NCBI GenBank assembly: GCA_963575745.1
Contig: CAUYUJ010000001.1
Span: forward strand, 1,488,001-1,552,000
Direction: 5' to 3'
From: Prorocentrum cordatum
Taxonomy: Eukaryota
Length of the DNA stretch: 64,000 bases
Shown here: piece after piece, positions 1 to 13,401 of the stretch
Layout of the letters: every line of letters begins with the position of its first letter
Position numbering within the stretch: the stretch's first letter is position 1
Notes under the pieces: generated by a model
The model's database searches: none
The model's input: the letters and a program-made list of their open reading frames with translations, nothing else
Told to the model about the DNA's origin: nothing
Made by a program: the position numbers and the translations under genes

Positions 1-337
1 TTTTGCGACGTGCTTAGGTAGAGCCATGTTCTTGCCTCGGCGTAGTGCTCATGTGTGTAGCGCCGTTGCTCGTCGCTGCTATGGCTCTGACTTGGGCCGC
101 GGGCCGTATTGGCCGAAAGTACGTTTGAAGTAGTGTTCTCATCAAGTACATGCCAGTGATGCCACGATCGTGCTCGCTTGGCACTTTGCCGATCTCGAAG
201 CATCATTGCGCTGCCCGTTGCGAAACCGTGGCGGCATATCTATACGCATATTTTCAATACGTATAGTCCCCGAGCAGTGCTTGCACTTCGGGGTTCTTAC
301 TTCTGGAGGAAGAAACTGGGCTTTTGTGGCGGTCCCA

Positions 338-620
338 GCGGCTGTGTTGCCGCCGTCGCCGCTCCGTCGCCGCCTCGTCGCCGCCCGTCGTCTGGGTCTG
401 GGTGGCGGTTTGGCGGCTATGTCACCGTCGTCGCCGCCCCGTCGCCGCCGCGTCGCCGCCCGTCGTCTGGGCTTGTCCGCCGCTCTAGCGGCTATGTTGC
501 CGCCATCGCCGCCCTGTTGCCGTCTCGTCGCCGCCCCTCGCCTGGGCCTGGGTAGCTGTCTGGCAGATGTTGCCGCCGTCGCCGCCTCGTCGCCGCCTCG
601 TCGCCGTCCGTCGTCTCGGC
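338..620. repeat. ~75-bp GC-rich minisatellite, about 4 diverged copies
   Basis: GCGGCT(A/G)TGT-like unit starts recur at ~338, 413, 488 and (diverged) 563. Confidence 0.75.
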
Positions 621-1280
621 CTGCATTGCTTCGAATTGCTTTGTAATGGTATGCCGTGCTTTGCGTTGCGTTGCCTCGCTTTGAATTGCTTTGCAACGCA
701 ACGATTGAACCTATTCTATTGCGTCGCGTACATCGCACCATGCACCGCATAGGTTCTCCTTTCTAAAAAAGAGAATAGACCCCCTGGGATTATCATCGCC
801 CCTTGTCATAAAGCAATTTACATACGATTCGGCCCCATCGTCCATCCGAAATAAGAATTCGCACCATCCCAGGGGAGCCGGCGTCGCCCCCCTTCCCGCC
901 ACCCCGTGCCAAAACTATTATGCGCGCGCGCTCCTTGATCGCAAATCTTTACTCGTCAAGAGTGTCTTCGCACCAAATGAGAGGAAGTGCGCGCGCGTCG
1001 TCGCGCGCGCATGTTGAAATCCTTCAGCAACTTTTGGTTTCCTTAGGATTTCAAAGCTGGATGTCCAAAAATTACCCTGGCGACGTACCCAACCCCTGCG
1101 CAAAAGCGGGGCGCAAATAGTTTAGGATACTTTATAAGGGGGCGATGACGGAGCGAGGGTTATATATGTCTGCAGACGGAATTCGGGAGACTCGCAGGAC
1201 ACTGGCTACAGGAAAAGGGTTTGATAAAGCTGATGATTTACAATTCCTGAGCACTCCTAGCCACTTCGAAAACGGGATCA

Positions 1281-1830
1281 CAGCAGGCCTCGAAAGTGGC
1301 GACAGGTTCACAGATCGCAGCCCCGCAGGGACGGCGAGGTCTCATTTGAATCTGCCCGTGGCCCTCACTGTGCTGGGCCCCCCAGCAGGCCTCGAAAATG
1401 GCGGCAGTTTCGCAGATCGCAGCCCCCCAGGGATGGCGAGGTCTAATTTGAATCCGCGCGTGGCCCTCACTGTGCTGGGCCCCCCAGCAGGCCTCGAAAG
1501 TGGCGACAGTTTCACAGATCGCAGCCCCCCAGGGAGGGCGAGGTCTAATTTGGATCTGCCGCGATTACCCTCTATGCTGGACCCCCCAGCAGGCCTCGAA
1601 AGTGGCGACAGTTTCACAGATCGCAGCCCCCCCCCCCAGGGATGGCGAGGTCTAATTTGAATCTGCCGCGATTGCCCTCTATGCTGAGCCCCCCAGCAGG
1701 CCTCGAAAGTGGCGACAGTTTCACAGATCGCAGCCCCCCAGGAATGGCGAGGTCTAATTTGGATCTGCCGCGATTACCCTCTATGCTGGACCCCCCAGCA
1801 GGCCTCGAAACTGGCGACAGTTTCACAGCC
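1281..1830. repeat. 102-bp minisatellite, ~5.5 copies
   Basis: CAGCAGGCCTCGAAA.TGGCG.CAG recurs at ~1281, 1383, 1485, 1587, 1694, 1796. Confidence 0.9.
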
Positions 1831-4800
1831 CCCCGCAGGCAAGACAGAAAGAGGCAGGACAGAGGCGGGAGGCGGGAGGAGGAAGGACGCGACCACACTG
1901 CTCTATTCAAAACGAATACCCAACCAAGGAGGGTTGGGAACAAATAGAACGCACAGGGTTTCCTAACGCGCATTCTCAACGCAAGCTTGCGCGCGCGCTC
2001 GCGAATCCGGAAGAAACCAGGGAGGTTGTTCAACGTGCATAGAGCATGTTATCAACCGGGCCCCGCGCGCGCACGTCGAAATCGTTCGGGCGCCTTTTGC
2101 GCGCGCGCCGCCGCAAGGACCCCTCGCACAGAAAAAAAGAAAACAACAAACACGGGACTGAGTGCGCGCGCGCGTCGTCGCGCGCGCATGCCGGAATCCG
2201 AGAAAACACCTTCAGTTTCGCATCGATTGCAGCAATGAGTGTCAATATCAACATAGAAACACACATGCTCGCGCTCTGGCTAATCCTTGAAACAAAAAAC
2301 CTGGGTGTTTCAACATGTGCATGGAATTCTGCCAAACGGGCCTCTCGCGCCGCGCGCCGAAATCATTCGCGCGCCCTCCCCCGCGTGCTGGGCAGGGGGG
2401 CGCGATCCGTGTCAAATCATGCCATGCGGGCCACACTCGCCAGTCGGCCGCGCTCGCATGTCGAACTCTTTCCAAAACCTTCATCACCGACGCGAGGGCG
2501 CCGTCATCGTCGCCGGCGTGATCAGCATGGGCGCCCGCACTGGCCGCGCCTTCGTCGTTGTCAACATCGTAGCCAGCATCGCTGCTATCACCATCGTGTC
2601 CATCGTTGTCGACGCTGCCGCGATGCCGCGCCCGCCCAAGTCGCCGACTCGCATGTAAGTACCCGCTGGGGTGCGCCCAGCAGTCAGCGCCACCGCGCCC
2701 GCGTCGGTCGCGCCAAACTAGCTGGCCGCCGCGCGCGCGTGGATGGGCGCGGCCGCAAAGATGCACCAGCCAACGCCAAGCATGCATCGCAATCGCCACC
2801 GCGTGGGTTTTGCAAACCCAGTTGCGCGCGCGTGTGGGTGGGACGTTTGCAAGAGCGTGTGATGTGCTAGCTCGTTTGTTAACGTCAATTACGCCGCGTG
2901 GATTGCGCCGCGCGCACGGGGCCACATGCATGTTCCTTTCTTTGGAAAGACTTCGACCCCCCCCCCCCCCCCCCCAGATTATCAGCCCCCCCCCCCCCCA
3001 CTTCGCATTGCAATTGGCGCGCGGTTCTGCCCCATCGCCCATCGCAAAGTTAAAGCCGCGCCACCCCGCCCCAGCCGGCGTCGAGACCCCTCGCCACCCC
3101 ATGCGACAGAACAAAAACATTATGCGCGCGTTCGTTTGTCAAACGCCATGCGTTTTCAATGGCCCATTGCAAACGAGCGGGCGAATTGCGGACGCGCGCG
3201 TCGTCGCGCGCATGCCAGAATCTTTGCGCAATCTTCGGTTTCGCTGGGATTTCAACGTCGGGCCCCCGAGAAACCATCAACGCATAGGGTTTCGCAACGC
3301 GGGTTTTCAAAACAACACTTGCGCGCGCGGTCTTGCGAACCCTTAAGAAAACCAAAGGTTTTTTTTTCGATAGTTTCAGATCGTGCTACCTAACAGGCTT
3401 CGCGCGCGGATTTCGAAATCGTTCGAGCGCCGCGTCGCGCGCGCTGTCGCGATCATCCTTCGCGACGGACGGGGCGAAGTGCACGCGCGCGCGTCGTCGC
3501 GCGCGCGCGCCGAACACCAATGCACAAAACAAAAAACCAAGTTGGTTTCGCAGGGATTGCAACGGCGAGTGCCCCGAAACCACCATATGAGAATATGCGT
3601 TTTGCAACGTCAGTTCTCCAGAAATGCTTGCGTTCGCGCCCTGGCGAACCCGCTAGATAACCATTGGTGGTTTTCGACATTTTTGCGGAATTCTGCCAAT
3701 CGGGCCTCTCGCGCCGCACGCCGAAATCATCCGAACGCCCTCGCGCGCGTGCTGGGGGGGGGGGAGGGGGCGCGCGATCCGCGTCGAAGAATGTCCTGCG
3801 GGCCACTCTCGCGCGTCGGCCGCGCGCGCACGTCGAACTCTTTCCAAAACCTTCGTCGCCGACGCGAGGGCGCCGCCGCCGTCGTCGGCGCGATCAGCAT
3901 CGGCGCCCGCGCTGGCCGCGCCGTCGCCGCTGTCAACATCGTCACCAGTATGGCTATCATCATCATCGTGCCTACCGCTGTCGAAGTTGCCGCGATGCCG
4001 CGCCCGCCCCAGTCGCCGACTCGTATGTAAGTGCCCCATGAGATGCGCCCAGAGGTCAGCGCCGCCGCGGCCGCGTCGGCCGCGCCGAATTAGCCCGCCG
4101 CTGCACGCGCGCGCATGCGCGGGCTAGCGCGGCCGCAGAGATGCACCAGCCAGCGCCAAGCACTCGCCGCAATCGTCGCCGCATGGGTTTTGCAAACCAC
4201 GTTGCGGGTGGGTGGGTGGGATGTTCGCGCGAGCATGGGATTTGCCAACTCGCTTGTCAAACAAAAAAAAAACACAAGTGCACCACGTAGATTGCATCGC
4301 GTAGATTGCGCACCTATGGATTTCCCTTATCAATTCGGCATACCTTTTGTGTGACAACTTATATGTGGTTCTGCCCCCATCGTCCATCCTAAGAATGAAC
4401 TAATACCATCCCAGCCCTGTCGGGTTCGCCCCCCCCCCCCCCGCCATCGTTTGCAAACAATGTTACGCGCGCTTGCGTATCAAACATCACCAGTTTTCGA
4501 GAACCCCTTGGAACGGATGTGACGAAGTGCACGCGCGCGCGTCGCCGCGCGCGCATGCCGGAACCCTTCGAAAACCTTCGGTTTCGGAATGATTTCAAGA
4601 CCGAGTGCCCAAACAACATATTTAACCATGTGTGTTTTTTGGGCAGCGCGGGTTTACAACAAAGAACGCGCGCGCGTTCTTGCAAATTCGTGAGATAAAC
4701 AATGTTAAGAACTTTTTTCGAACCGGCTACGAAGCGGGCTTCTCGCGCGCGCGTCGAAATCGTTCGAATGTTTCCGCGGGCGTGCCGTCGCGAATGCCCT

Positions 4801-5999
4801 TTGCACAAAAAAAACGAGACGAAGTGCGCGCGCGCGTCGCCGCGCGCGCGTGCCGAAATCTTGCAAACATTTTCGGTGTCGCGCGGGTTTCAAAATCGGC
4901 TGTCCAAATCACATTCAAAAACACATGGTTTCGCAACGCTAGTTTTCAAAAAATGCTTGGGCGCGCGCTCTTGCGAATTCTCAGGAGAACCATAGCTTTC
5001 CCAGCGTTGTCACGGAGTTCTGCCAGACTGGCCTGGCGCCGCTAGCTGACATCATTCGCGCGCCCTTGCGAACGTGGCGGGGGTGGGGGGGGGGCGCGAC
5101 CCGTGTCGAATAAAGCCATGCAGGCCACTCTCGCGCGTCAGCCGCGCGCGCGTGTCGAACCGTTTCCAAAGTCTCCATTGCCGATGCGAGGGCGCCGTCG
5201 TCGTCGTCGTCGATGCGCGCAGCATCGGCGCCCGCGCTGGCCCATCGTCGCGTCTACCGCTGTCGACATTTCCACGGTGCCGCGCCCGCTCAAGTCGCCG
5301 ACTCGCAGTTAAGTGCCCGCTGGGGCGCGCCCAGCAGTCAGCGCCGCCGCGGCCGCGTCGGCGGCGCCAAATTGGCTGGCCGCCGCGCGCGCGTGCTAGG
5401 CTTGGCGCGACCGCGGAGATGCGCCAGCCAACGCCAAGCACGCATCGCAATCGCCACCGCATTGGTCTTGCAAACCAGGTTGAGGGTGGGTTGGTGGGAT
5501 GTTTGCAAGAGCATGGGATGTGCCGACTCGTTTGTTGAAATTAGTCCTCCGCTTTTAAAAGAGTGGGCTCTACCCCCCCCCCCCCCCCCGGGTTTACCGG
5601 TCCACTTCTTCGCAGTGGAACTTACGTCTGATTCTGCCCCATCGCCCATCCAAAATTTGAATTCGTGTCATCCCAGCCGAGCCAGTATCGACCCCTTGCG
5701 CCATCCTCTGCAAAAGCCTCTCTGCGCGCGCACTCGCTTATCAGAGAAATCATAAATTCCCAAGACCCCCTGGCAAAACATATGACGAAGTGCACGCGCG
5801 CGCTCGCGCCGTCGCGCGCGCATGCCGAAATCCTTCCAAAACCTTCGGTTTTGGCAGGGTTTCCAAACCGAGTGTCCAAACACACATACACACACGCCCA
5901 CACATATATATATATATATATAGGTGTGTGTGTGTGTGCGTATACCTATACGACCACCCGTCGGGGGATAAGGAGGTTCGGGGGGGGGGAGGAACCGAC

Positions 6000-6240
6000 G
6001 TCTCACTCGACCGGTCGCGCTATCGCTCTCACTATCGATCTCACGATCGGTCTCGCCCGATCGATCTCACTTGATCCATATCACAATCGGTCTCACTCGA
6101 TCTGTTTCATTCGATCGATCTCATAATCGATCTGACTATCGATCTCGCAATTGATCTCACTATCGATCTCGCAATCGATCTCACATTCGGTCTCGCTATC
6201 GATCTCACTTTCGATATCACAATCAATCTCACAATCAACG
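6000..6240. repeat. 12-bp minisatellite (ATCGATCTCACT-like)
   Basis: Tandem degenerate ATCGATCTC(A/G)C units. Confidence 0.8.
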
Positions 6241-7140
6241 TCATCATCATCATCAACATAATTGTCATCAACGTCATCAACATCATCATCATCATCGGGA
6301 CACCATCATCATAACATCATCACCATCACCAGCAACATCATTATCATCACCACCATCATCATCATCGGGACACCATCATCGTCACCACCGCCAGCAACAC
6401 CATCACCATCGGGACGCCATCATCACCATCGGAACACCACCATCACCAGCATCGCATCAGCACCATGAACAACACCATCAACATCAGCAGCATCATCATC
6501 GGGAAGCCATCATCACCATCAGCCACATCATCATCAACGTCGCCATCATCATCGGGACATCACCATCATCGTAACCATCATCATCATCGTCTTCATCATC
6601 ACCAGGACATCATGATCATCATCATCATCAATATCAGCATCATCATCATCATGATTGGGCCGCCATCGCCAAAATCATCATCATCACCTCATCATCATCC
6701 TCATCATCAACACCATCATCGGGCCACCATAATCGTCATCATCATCACCAGCATCAACATCATCATCACCGGGACACCATCATCATCAACAGCATCTCAT
6801 CATCAACCTCATCATCACCAGGACACCATTATCATCATCATTTTCATCATCATCATCTCATCATCGTGTCACCATCACAAACAATCATCAGGACCATCAG
6901 CGTCGTCATCATCGGGACACCATCATCATCAGCAACATCTTCATCATCATCATCGTCAATACCGTCATCATCGGGGCACCATCATTATCACCACCATCAT
7001 CATCACCATCACCGGGACACCATCTTCATCACATCACCATTATCAGCATCACCAACATCATCGACATCCTCATCATCATCATCATCATCATTCTCATCAT
7101 CATCATTATCATCATCATCTTCATCATCATCATCGGGACA
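6240..7140. repeat. Degenerate (CAT)n tract punctuated by CGGGACACC
   Basis: Direct reading. Confidence 0.9.
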
Positions 7141-8589
7141 CCGACGGGACACCGGCGGGACAGTGGCAGGACACCGCGCGGCACCGGACGCCCGAAGGGA
7201 GACTTTTGGTCTGGCCGCGCCTCAGCCACAGCGGGGCACCGGCGGGACACCGCGCGGCACCGGTTGCCGGAAGGGAGACTTTTGGTCCGGCCGCGGCTCA
7301 GCCACAGGAGATTTTCTTCTCGCCCGCCCACGCAGCTTCGCTTCACCCGCACGCACGGCACGCACGAACACGAAAGCGAAACCGATTTACAGGTAGGGGT
7401 GCTTTCCGTTCCACTTTGATCTCACCTTCCCGCGTCCGACATATATATATATATATACACACACACATGTGTGTATAACCAAATGGTCTCGCAACGCGGG
7501 TTCTCAACAACAACAATAAACGCGCGCGCATTCTTGCGAAATCCTAAAACAAACAGTTTTCCAACATGTTCAGAAATTGCTACCAAACGGGCTGTGCGCG
7601 CGCATGTCGAAATCGTTCGGGCGCCCTTGCGCGCGCGCCGTCGTGAGAATCGTTTTTTTTCAGAAAAGCGGGGCGAAGTGCACGCGCGCGTCGTCGCGCG
7701 CGCATGCCGGAACCTTTGAGAAAAAACAGGTGTCGTAACGATGTTTTAAATTGGATGCCCCAGAAAATCAAACACACAAGGTTTTGCAACATCAGTTTTC
7801 TTAAAAGAGTTTGCGCACGCGCTTTTGCGAATTCTTAAGAAAACCGTATGGCTTTCAACATCTTCATGGGATTCTGCAAAAAACGGGCCTCTGGCGCCGC
7901 ATGTTGGCATCAATCGCACGCCCTTTGCGCGCGCGCTGGGGGGGTGGGGGCGCGATCCGAGTCAATTCAAGCCATGCGGTCCACTCTCGCGCGTCAGCCG
8001 CGCGCGAATGTCGAACTGTTTCCAAAACGCTTATCGCCGACGCAAGGACGCCGTTATCGTCGTTGGCGTGATCAGCATCGGCGCCCGCGCTGGCCGCGCC
8101 TTCGTCGGTGTGAACATCGTCACCGGCATCGCTAGTATCACCATCGCGTCTACCGTCGTCGGCGTTGCCATGATACCGCACCCGCCGCGCCCGCCCAAGT
8201 CGCCGACTCGCAGTGAAGTGCCCGCTGGGATGCGCCCAGCGGTTAGCGCCGCCGCGGCCACGTCGGTAGCGCCAAACTGGCTGGCTGTTGCGCGCGCGTG
8301 CTAGGGTTGGCGCGGCCGCAGAGATGCACCAGCCAACGCCAAGCATGCATCGCAATCGCCACCGCATGGGTTTTGCAAACCAGGTTGCGGGTGGGCTGGT
8401 GGGATGTTTGCAAGAGCATGGGATGTGTCAACTCATAGGTACAAATCAATGTCACCACATGGATTGCGCCACGTATTTTGCACCAGATCGTTTGCACCAC
8501 ATAGGTTGCACCACGTCGATTGCACCACAGGTTGCTCCACATATGTTTTCCACGTTCGCTAACATTTTCTGATATTTTTACATGTATTT

Positions 8590-8591
8590 AT

Positions 8592-8636
<45 letters not shown>

Positions 8637-8671
8637 CAAATAGTGATAGCGAGAGGGAGAGAGAGGAAGCC

Positions 8672-8702
<31 letters not shown>

Positions 8703-8740
8703 CGAATGAGAGAGATACAACACAAGAGAGAGAGAGAGAC

Positions 8741-8782
<42 letters not shown>

Positions 8783-8940
8783 TGAAAGAGAGACAGCAAT
8801 ACCGACATATAGAGAACGATACATACATCAACAGAAAGAGAGAGACGGACAGCGGGAGAGGAAGAGAGAACGAGAAAGACAACAAAGAAAGAGAGAGAGA
8901 GAGAGAGATACGATGAGAGAGACAGAGACATATAGAGAGA
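8590..8940. repeat. (GA)n/(TA)n microsatellite
   Basis: Direct reading. Confidence 0.9.
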
Positions 8941-9699
8941 GGCATAACTATATACAGGCATACGTATGCACATGATATGCACCGCCACCAACAAGTTACA
9001 ATCGCCAAGTTTGCTTTCGAGGTCTTTGGCGGTGGAAACCTGACGCGGTGCGCAGCGAAGGCCGAGAAGTAAGGCGGACGTGTGGACCATTAGCTCTTGG
9101 GCAAGGGGCCAGGATCTGGGATAAGTGGTCGATCAGAGGCGGCACTTCACCAAGCCTCCCGATGGCTGCATTGAGTCGGTGACGATAGTCACGACCCGAC
9201 CGTTGCGATTATCCGAGCCAGAACCGCTGACTGCGCGCGTCATCGACCGATTCGATTCTGCTCCCCGCTGTGGCGCGATTGTTCAAACGTCGCGATCGAT
9301 CTGCGATTGCGGATGAGCAGGTGGGCGGCCCGGGCAGTGAGCGTGCACGAGAAGGATGGACAAACATGATTCTTGCTCATCATGCACACAGTTTTCCGCC
9401 ATTCTGGGCTTCCGAGGCGAGACTGGACGCAATCCGTGCGCGCACGCCTTGATCACGACCGGAAGGACCTTGCTCTCCTCTGCTTCGCCGCCTCAGTGGA
9501 ACGGCGCAGGTCGGACCTCCCCTTCGTCTCCGTCAGTCGTGTGTTGTTTATCCACAAGTTCCTGCTCGCGCGTGCACCGAGAACTATCGAAGACGCCTAC
9601 GGCGAATCACCGCCGCCCCCTGCCTTTTTGGAAGCGCCTATGTCCTGCCAGGCTATCGGACCATGTGTTCCCCGAATCGGTTTGAAAAGCCTTCGGGGA

Positions 9700-10975
9700 A
9701 CACGTGGGCATCTTGAAGGTCATCTTGGCCGTCTGGAGGCCATTTAGACCCTTTCGGGCCTTCTTGGAGGACGTCTTGGAGGGCCCTTGGGCCGTCTTGG
9801 AGGCCATCTTGAGCGTCTTGGAGGCCTCTTGGGCAGTCTTGGGGGCCTCTTGGGGCCGTCTGGGGCCTCTTCGGCGATCTTGGGGGGCACCTCGGCCGTC
9901 TCGGGCCGTCGGAATGCAGAAAAAAGAAGCAAATGCCACAATCCTTCAAACACTTGCGGGAAATCAATGCTTTTGGTCTTTTCTGGCCTTCCTGGAGGCC
10001 CTCTTGGAGGCCTCTTGGGCCGTCTTGGGCCAGCTTCGAGCCAACTTCGGCCATCTTGGTGGGCTCCTGGCCCGTCTGACGCCGTCGGAAACCGTTTGGG
10101 GGGCCTCTCTGGGCCGACTTGGAGCGCTTCGGGGCCGTCTTGGAGGCGATCTTGGTCGTCTTGGAAGCCTCTTGGCCCGTCTTGGGGCCCTCTGGGGGCC
10201 GTCTTGGGAGCCTCTTGGGCCGTCATGGGGCCCTCTTGGAGACCTCGTGGGCGATCTTGGGGCGATCTTGGCGGCCTCTTGGGCCGTCTTGAGCCGTCGG
10301 AATACCGAGACGAGGCACATGCCAAACTCCTTCAAACACCTAAGGAGCAACGGTGTTTTTGGCCTTTTCTGGCCTTCCTGGAGGCCCTCTTGGAGGCCTC
10401 TTGGGCCGTCTTGGGCCAGCTTCGAGCCAACTTCGGCCATCTTGGTAGGCTCCTGGCCGGTCTGACGCTGTCGGAAACCGTTTGGGGGGCCTCTCTGGGC
10501 CGACTTGGGGCCATCTTGTAATGCTCCAGGGCCCTCTTGGAGGCCATCTTGGGCGTCTTAAAGGCCTACTGGGCCGTCTTGGGGGCCTCTTGGGGCCGTC
10601 TTGGGGGCCTCTTGGGCCGTGCTGAAGCCATCTTTTGGAGGACTCTTGGGCGATCTTTGGGCGATCTTTGGGGGCCTCTTGGGCCGTCTCGGGCCGTCGG
10701 AATACCGAGAAGAGTCCAATTCCCAAATCCGTCAAACACCTAAGGAACATTAATGATTTTGGTCTCTTCGGGCCCTTCTGGAGGACCTCTCGGAGCCATC
10801 TTGGGCCGTCTTGGGGGCTTCTTGGACGAACTTGAAGGCATCTTGAGGCTATCTTAGGCCGTCTTGGGTGCATCTTAGGCCGCCCTGGAGGCATCTTGGG
10901 GCCATCTTAGCCGTCTTGGAGGCCATCTTGGCCGTCTTGGAAGCATCTTGGAGGCCATCTTGGAGCCATCTGGGG
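9700..10975. repeat. 10-11-bp GGCC(G/A)TCTTG-based repeat with a ~370-bp higher-order duplication
   Basis: CTGGCCTTCCTGGAGGCCCTCTTGGAGGCC...GTCGGAAACCGTTTGGGGGGCC occurs at ~9983-10105 and ~10369-10490. Confidence 0.85.
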
Positions 10976-12527
10976 CAGGAAAACCCTCGGAAAACCCTCG
11001 GCTGGGCAATCCTTTCGGGTGGCCGGCGGGACGCGCCGAAGCCCCAGGGGGAGTTCTCTTGGAAAAGAACTAAAACCAGAACCGAAAGGATTCAGCACGC
11101 CAGGCACCCCTGCGATGAATCGACAGGGGGCGGCGGATCCAGTGGTCTGCGGCCCACCCCGCCACCGTGCTTTTCGGGCCTCTGGAGGCGTCCAGGAAGC
11201 TTTTTTGTGGCCTCGCAGTCGTTGGGTGAACGAGTCCCCGATACTGGGCCAGGCCACAGCCCACCCTGCCTCGCCCTTGGAGCGCCACTCCCCCCCCCTG
11301 GCAGCAGGCGGGAGGGAGAAGGAAGAGGGAGGATGAGCGAGGGGAAGCAGGCCAGAGGAGCGGCAAGTGGCGAATAGTAGTGATGATGATGATGCGCTCC
11401 AAGGCTTCCAGGTTTTCCTGTTGTCTGGCGCGGCCAGAGGCGAATCGCCGAATGCAGGCAAACCGCTGAAATAAGGAACACTTCAGGGTCGGTTGGGGCT
11501 CCCTGTTCCTTGGATCCCTCCATTGCTGTTCCTCGTGCACTTAGATGCTTCTGCGGCCAAACAATTGCTTTCTCTGAGCGCCTTCGTGTTCGGATTGCCG
11601 CGCTCTGTTGATGACGATGGCCTTTCCAGCCCCGCCCACGTCGCGACCCCTGGCAGCTGCAGGAGGAGGAGGGTGACGAGGAGGAGGAGGAGGAGGAGGA
11701 GGAGGAGGAGGAGGAGGAGGAGGAGGAGGAGGAGGAGGAGGAGGAGGAGGAGGAGGAGGAGGAGGAGGAGGAGGAGGAGGGTGAGGAGGAGGAGGAGGAG
11801 GAGGAGGGTGAGGGGGAGGAGGAGGAGGATGAGGAGGAACCCAGGCCTCCAGAGAGTCGAAAGTTTCGAATCTGAGATTCTTCCCACTTTCCCACGCCCG
11901 AGGGGCCGTTCTCGGGCTCCGGGACCGCGAGAAGACGGCTTAGGATGGGCGGCCAGTCCTAGGGAAGTGGTCTCGAGGTCTGGTACGTGGGGCCGAGGCT
12001 CGGACATCTCGAATCGTCGGAGGTCGGGGGGGGCTGCTTTTCCGTGCTCCCTCCCAGCCTCCATGTCCCTCCTCTTCTCCCTCGGGCTGCCCCAGTCCCT
12101 CGTGTCAGGAGGAGGAGGAGGAGGAGGAGGAGCATGAGGACGAGGAGGAGGAGGAGGAGGGAGGAGGAGGAGGAAGAGGAGGAGGAGAAGGAGGAGGAGG
12201 AGGGGGAGGAGGTGCAGCTTTGACGCCAGGTATATGCGCGCCCAGTGGCTTGGCAAAGAAAACGAAAGAGCAGCAGCGAGAGCAGGATGAAGCAGACGAC
12301 AGCAGCAGGAGAAGAAGCGGCAGCAGCAGCAGCAGGATGAGGGGGAGGAGGAAGAGGAGGAGGAGGAGGAGGAGGAGGAGCAGGAGGAGGAGGAGGAGGA
12401 GTATCAGGACTGACGCTTCACGGTTCGCGCGCCTGCGGCCTGCCTAAAGGAGGCGGAGGAGGAGGAGGACGTGGAGGAGGAGGAGGAGGAGGAGGAGGAG
12501 CAGAGGATGATGATGATGATGATGAAA

Positions 12528-12710
<183 letters not shown>

Positions 12711-12736
12711 ATGATGATGATGATTATGATGATGAT

Positions 12737-12836
12737 NNNNNNNNNNNNNNNNNNNNNNNNNNNNNNNNNNNNNNNNNNNNNNNNNNNNNNNNNNNNNNNN
12801 NNNNNNNNNNNNNNNNNNNNNNNNNNNNNNNNNNNN
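12737..12836. other. Assembly gap (100 N)
   Basis: Run of N. Confidence 1.
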
Positions 12837-13141
12837 GAAGGAGGAGAAGGAGGAGGAGGAGGAGGAGGACGAGGAGGGGGAAGTTGAGGAGGATGAAGAG
12901 GAGGAGGAAGAGTTGGCGGCGGAGGAGGAGGAGGAGGAGGAGGAGGAGGAGGAGGGGAGGAGGGGGGGGAGCCGGAGGAGAAGGAGGGGGAGGAGGAGGA
13001 GGAGGAGGTGGACGGGGGGGGAGGAGGAGAATGAGGAGGAAGAGGAGGAGGAGGAAGACGAGGAGGAGGAGGAGGAGGAATAAGAGGAGGATAAGGAGAA
13101 CGAGGAAGAGAAGGAGCATGATATACCGATACCGTTGATGG

Positions 13142-13218
<77 letters not shown>

Positions 13219-13367
13219 CGCATGATGCTGATGATGCCGCTGATGATGCTGATGGTGTTGATGATGATGCTGATGCTGATGGGGATGTTGAGGATGATGG
13301 TGATGATGCTGACGATGATGATGATGATGATGATGATGCTGATGATGATGATGATGATGATGCTGAC

Positions 13368-13401
<34 letters not shown>

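Larger units (their letters stand above)
750..8560. repeat. Degenerate ~1.3-1.4 kb tandem macro-repeat rich in (GC)n, interrupted by other repeats
   Basis: Landmark AGTCGCCGACTCG recurs at ~2639, 4011, 5293, 8198. TCTGCCCCATCG.CCATC and TCGTCGCGCGCGCATGCCG recur in each unit. The last spacing is longer because of a ~1.6 kb block at ~5880-7480. Confidence 0.75.

Noticed and set aside
9600..11000. Overlapping 150-250-aa ORFs on both strands
   Set aside because: They derive from a 10-11-bp GC-rich repeat and show no domain motifs.
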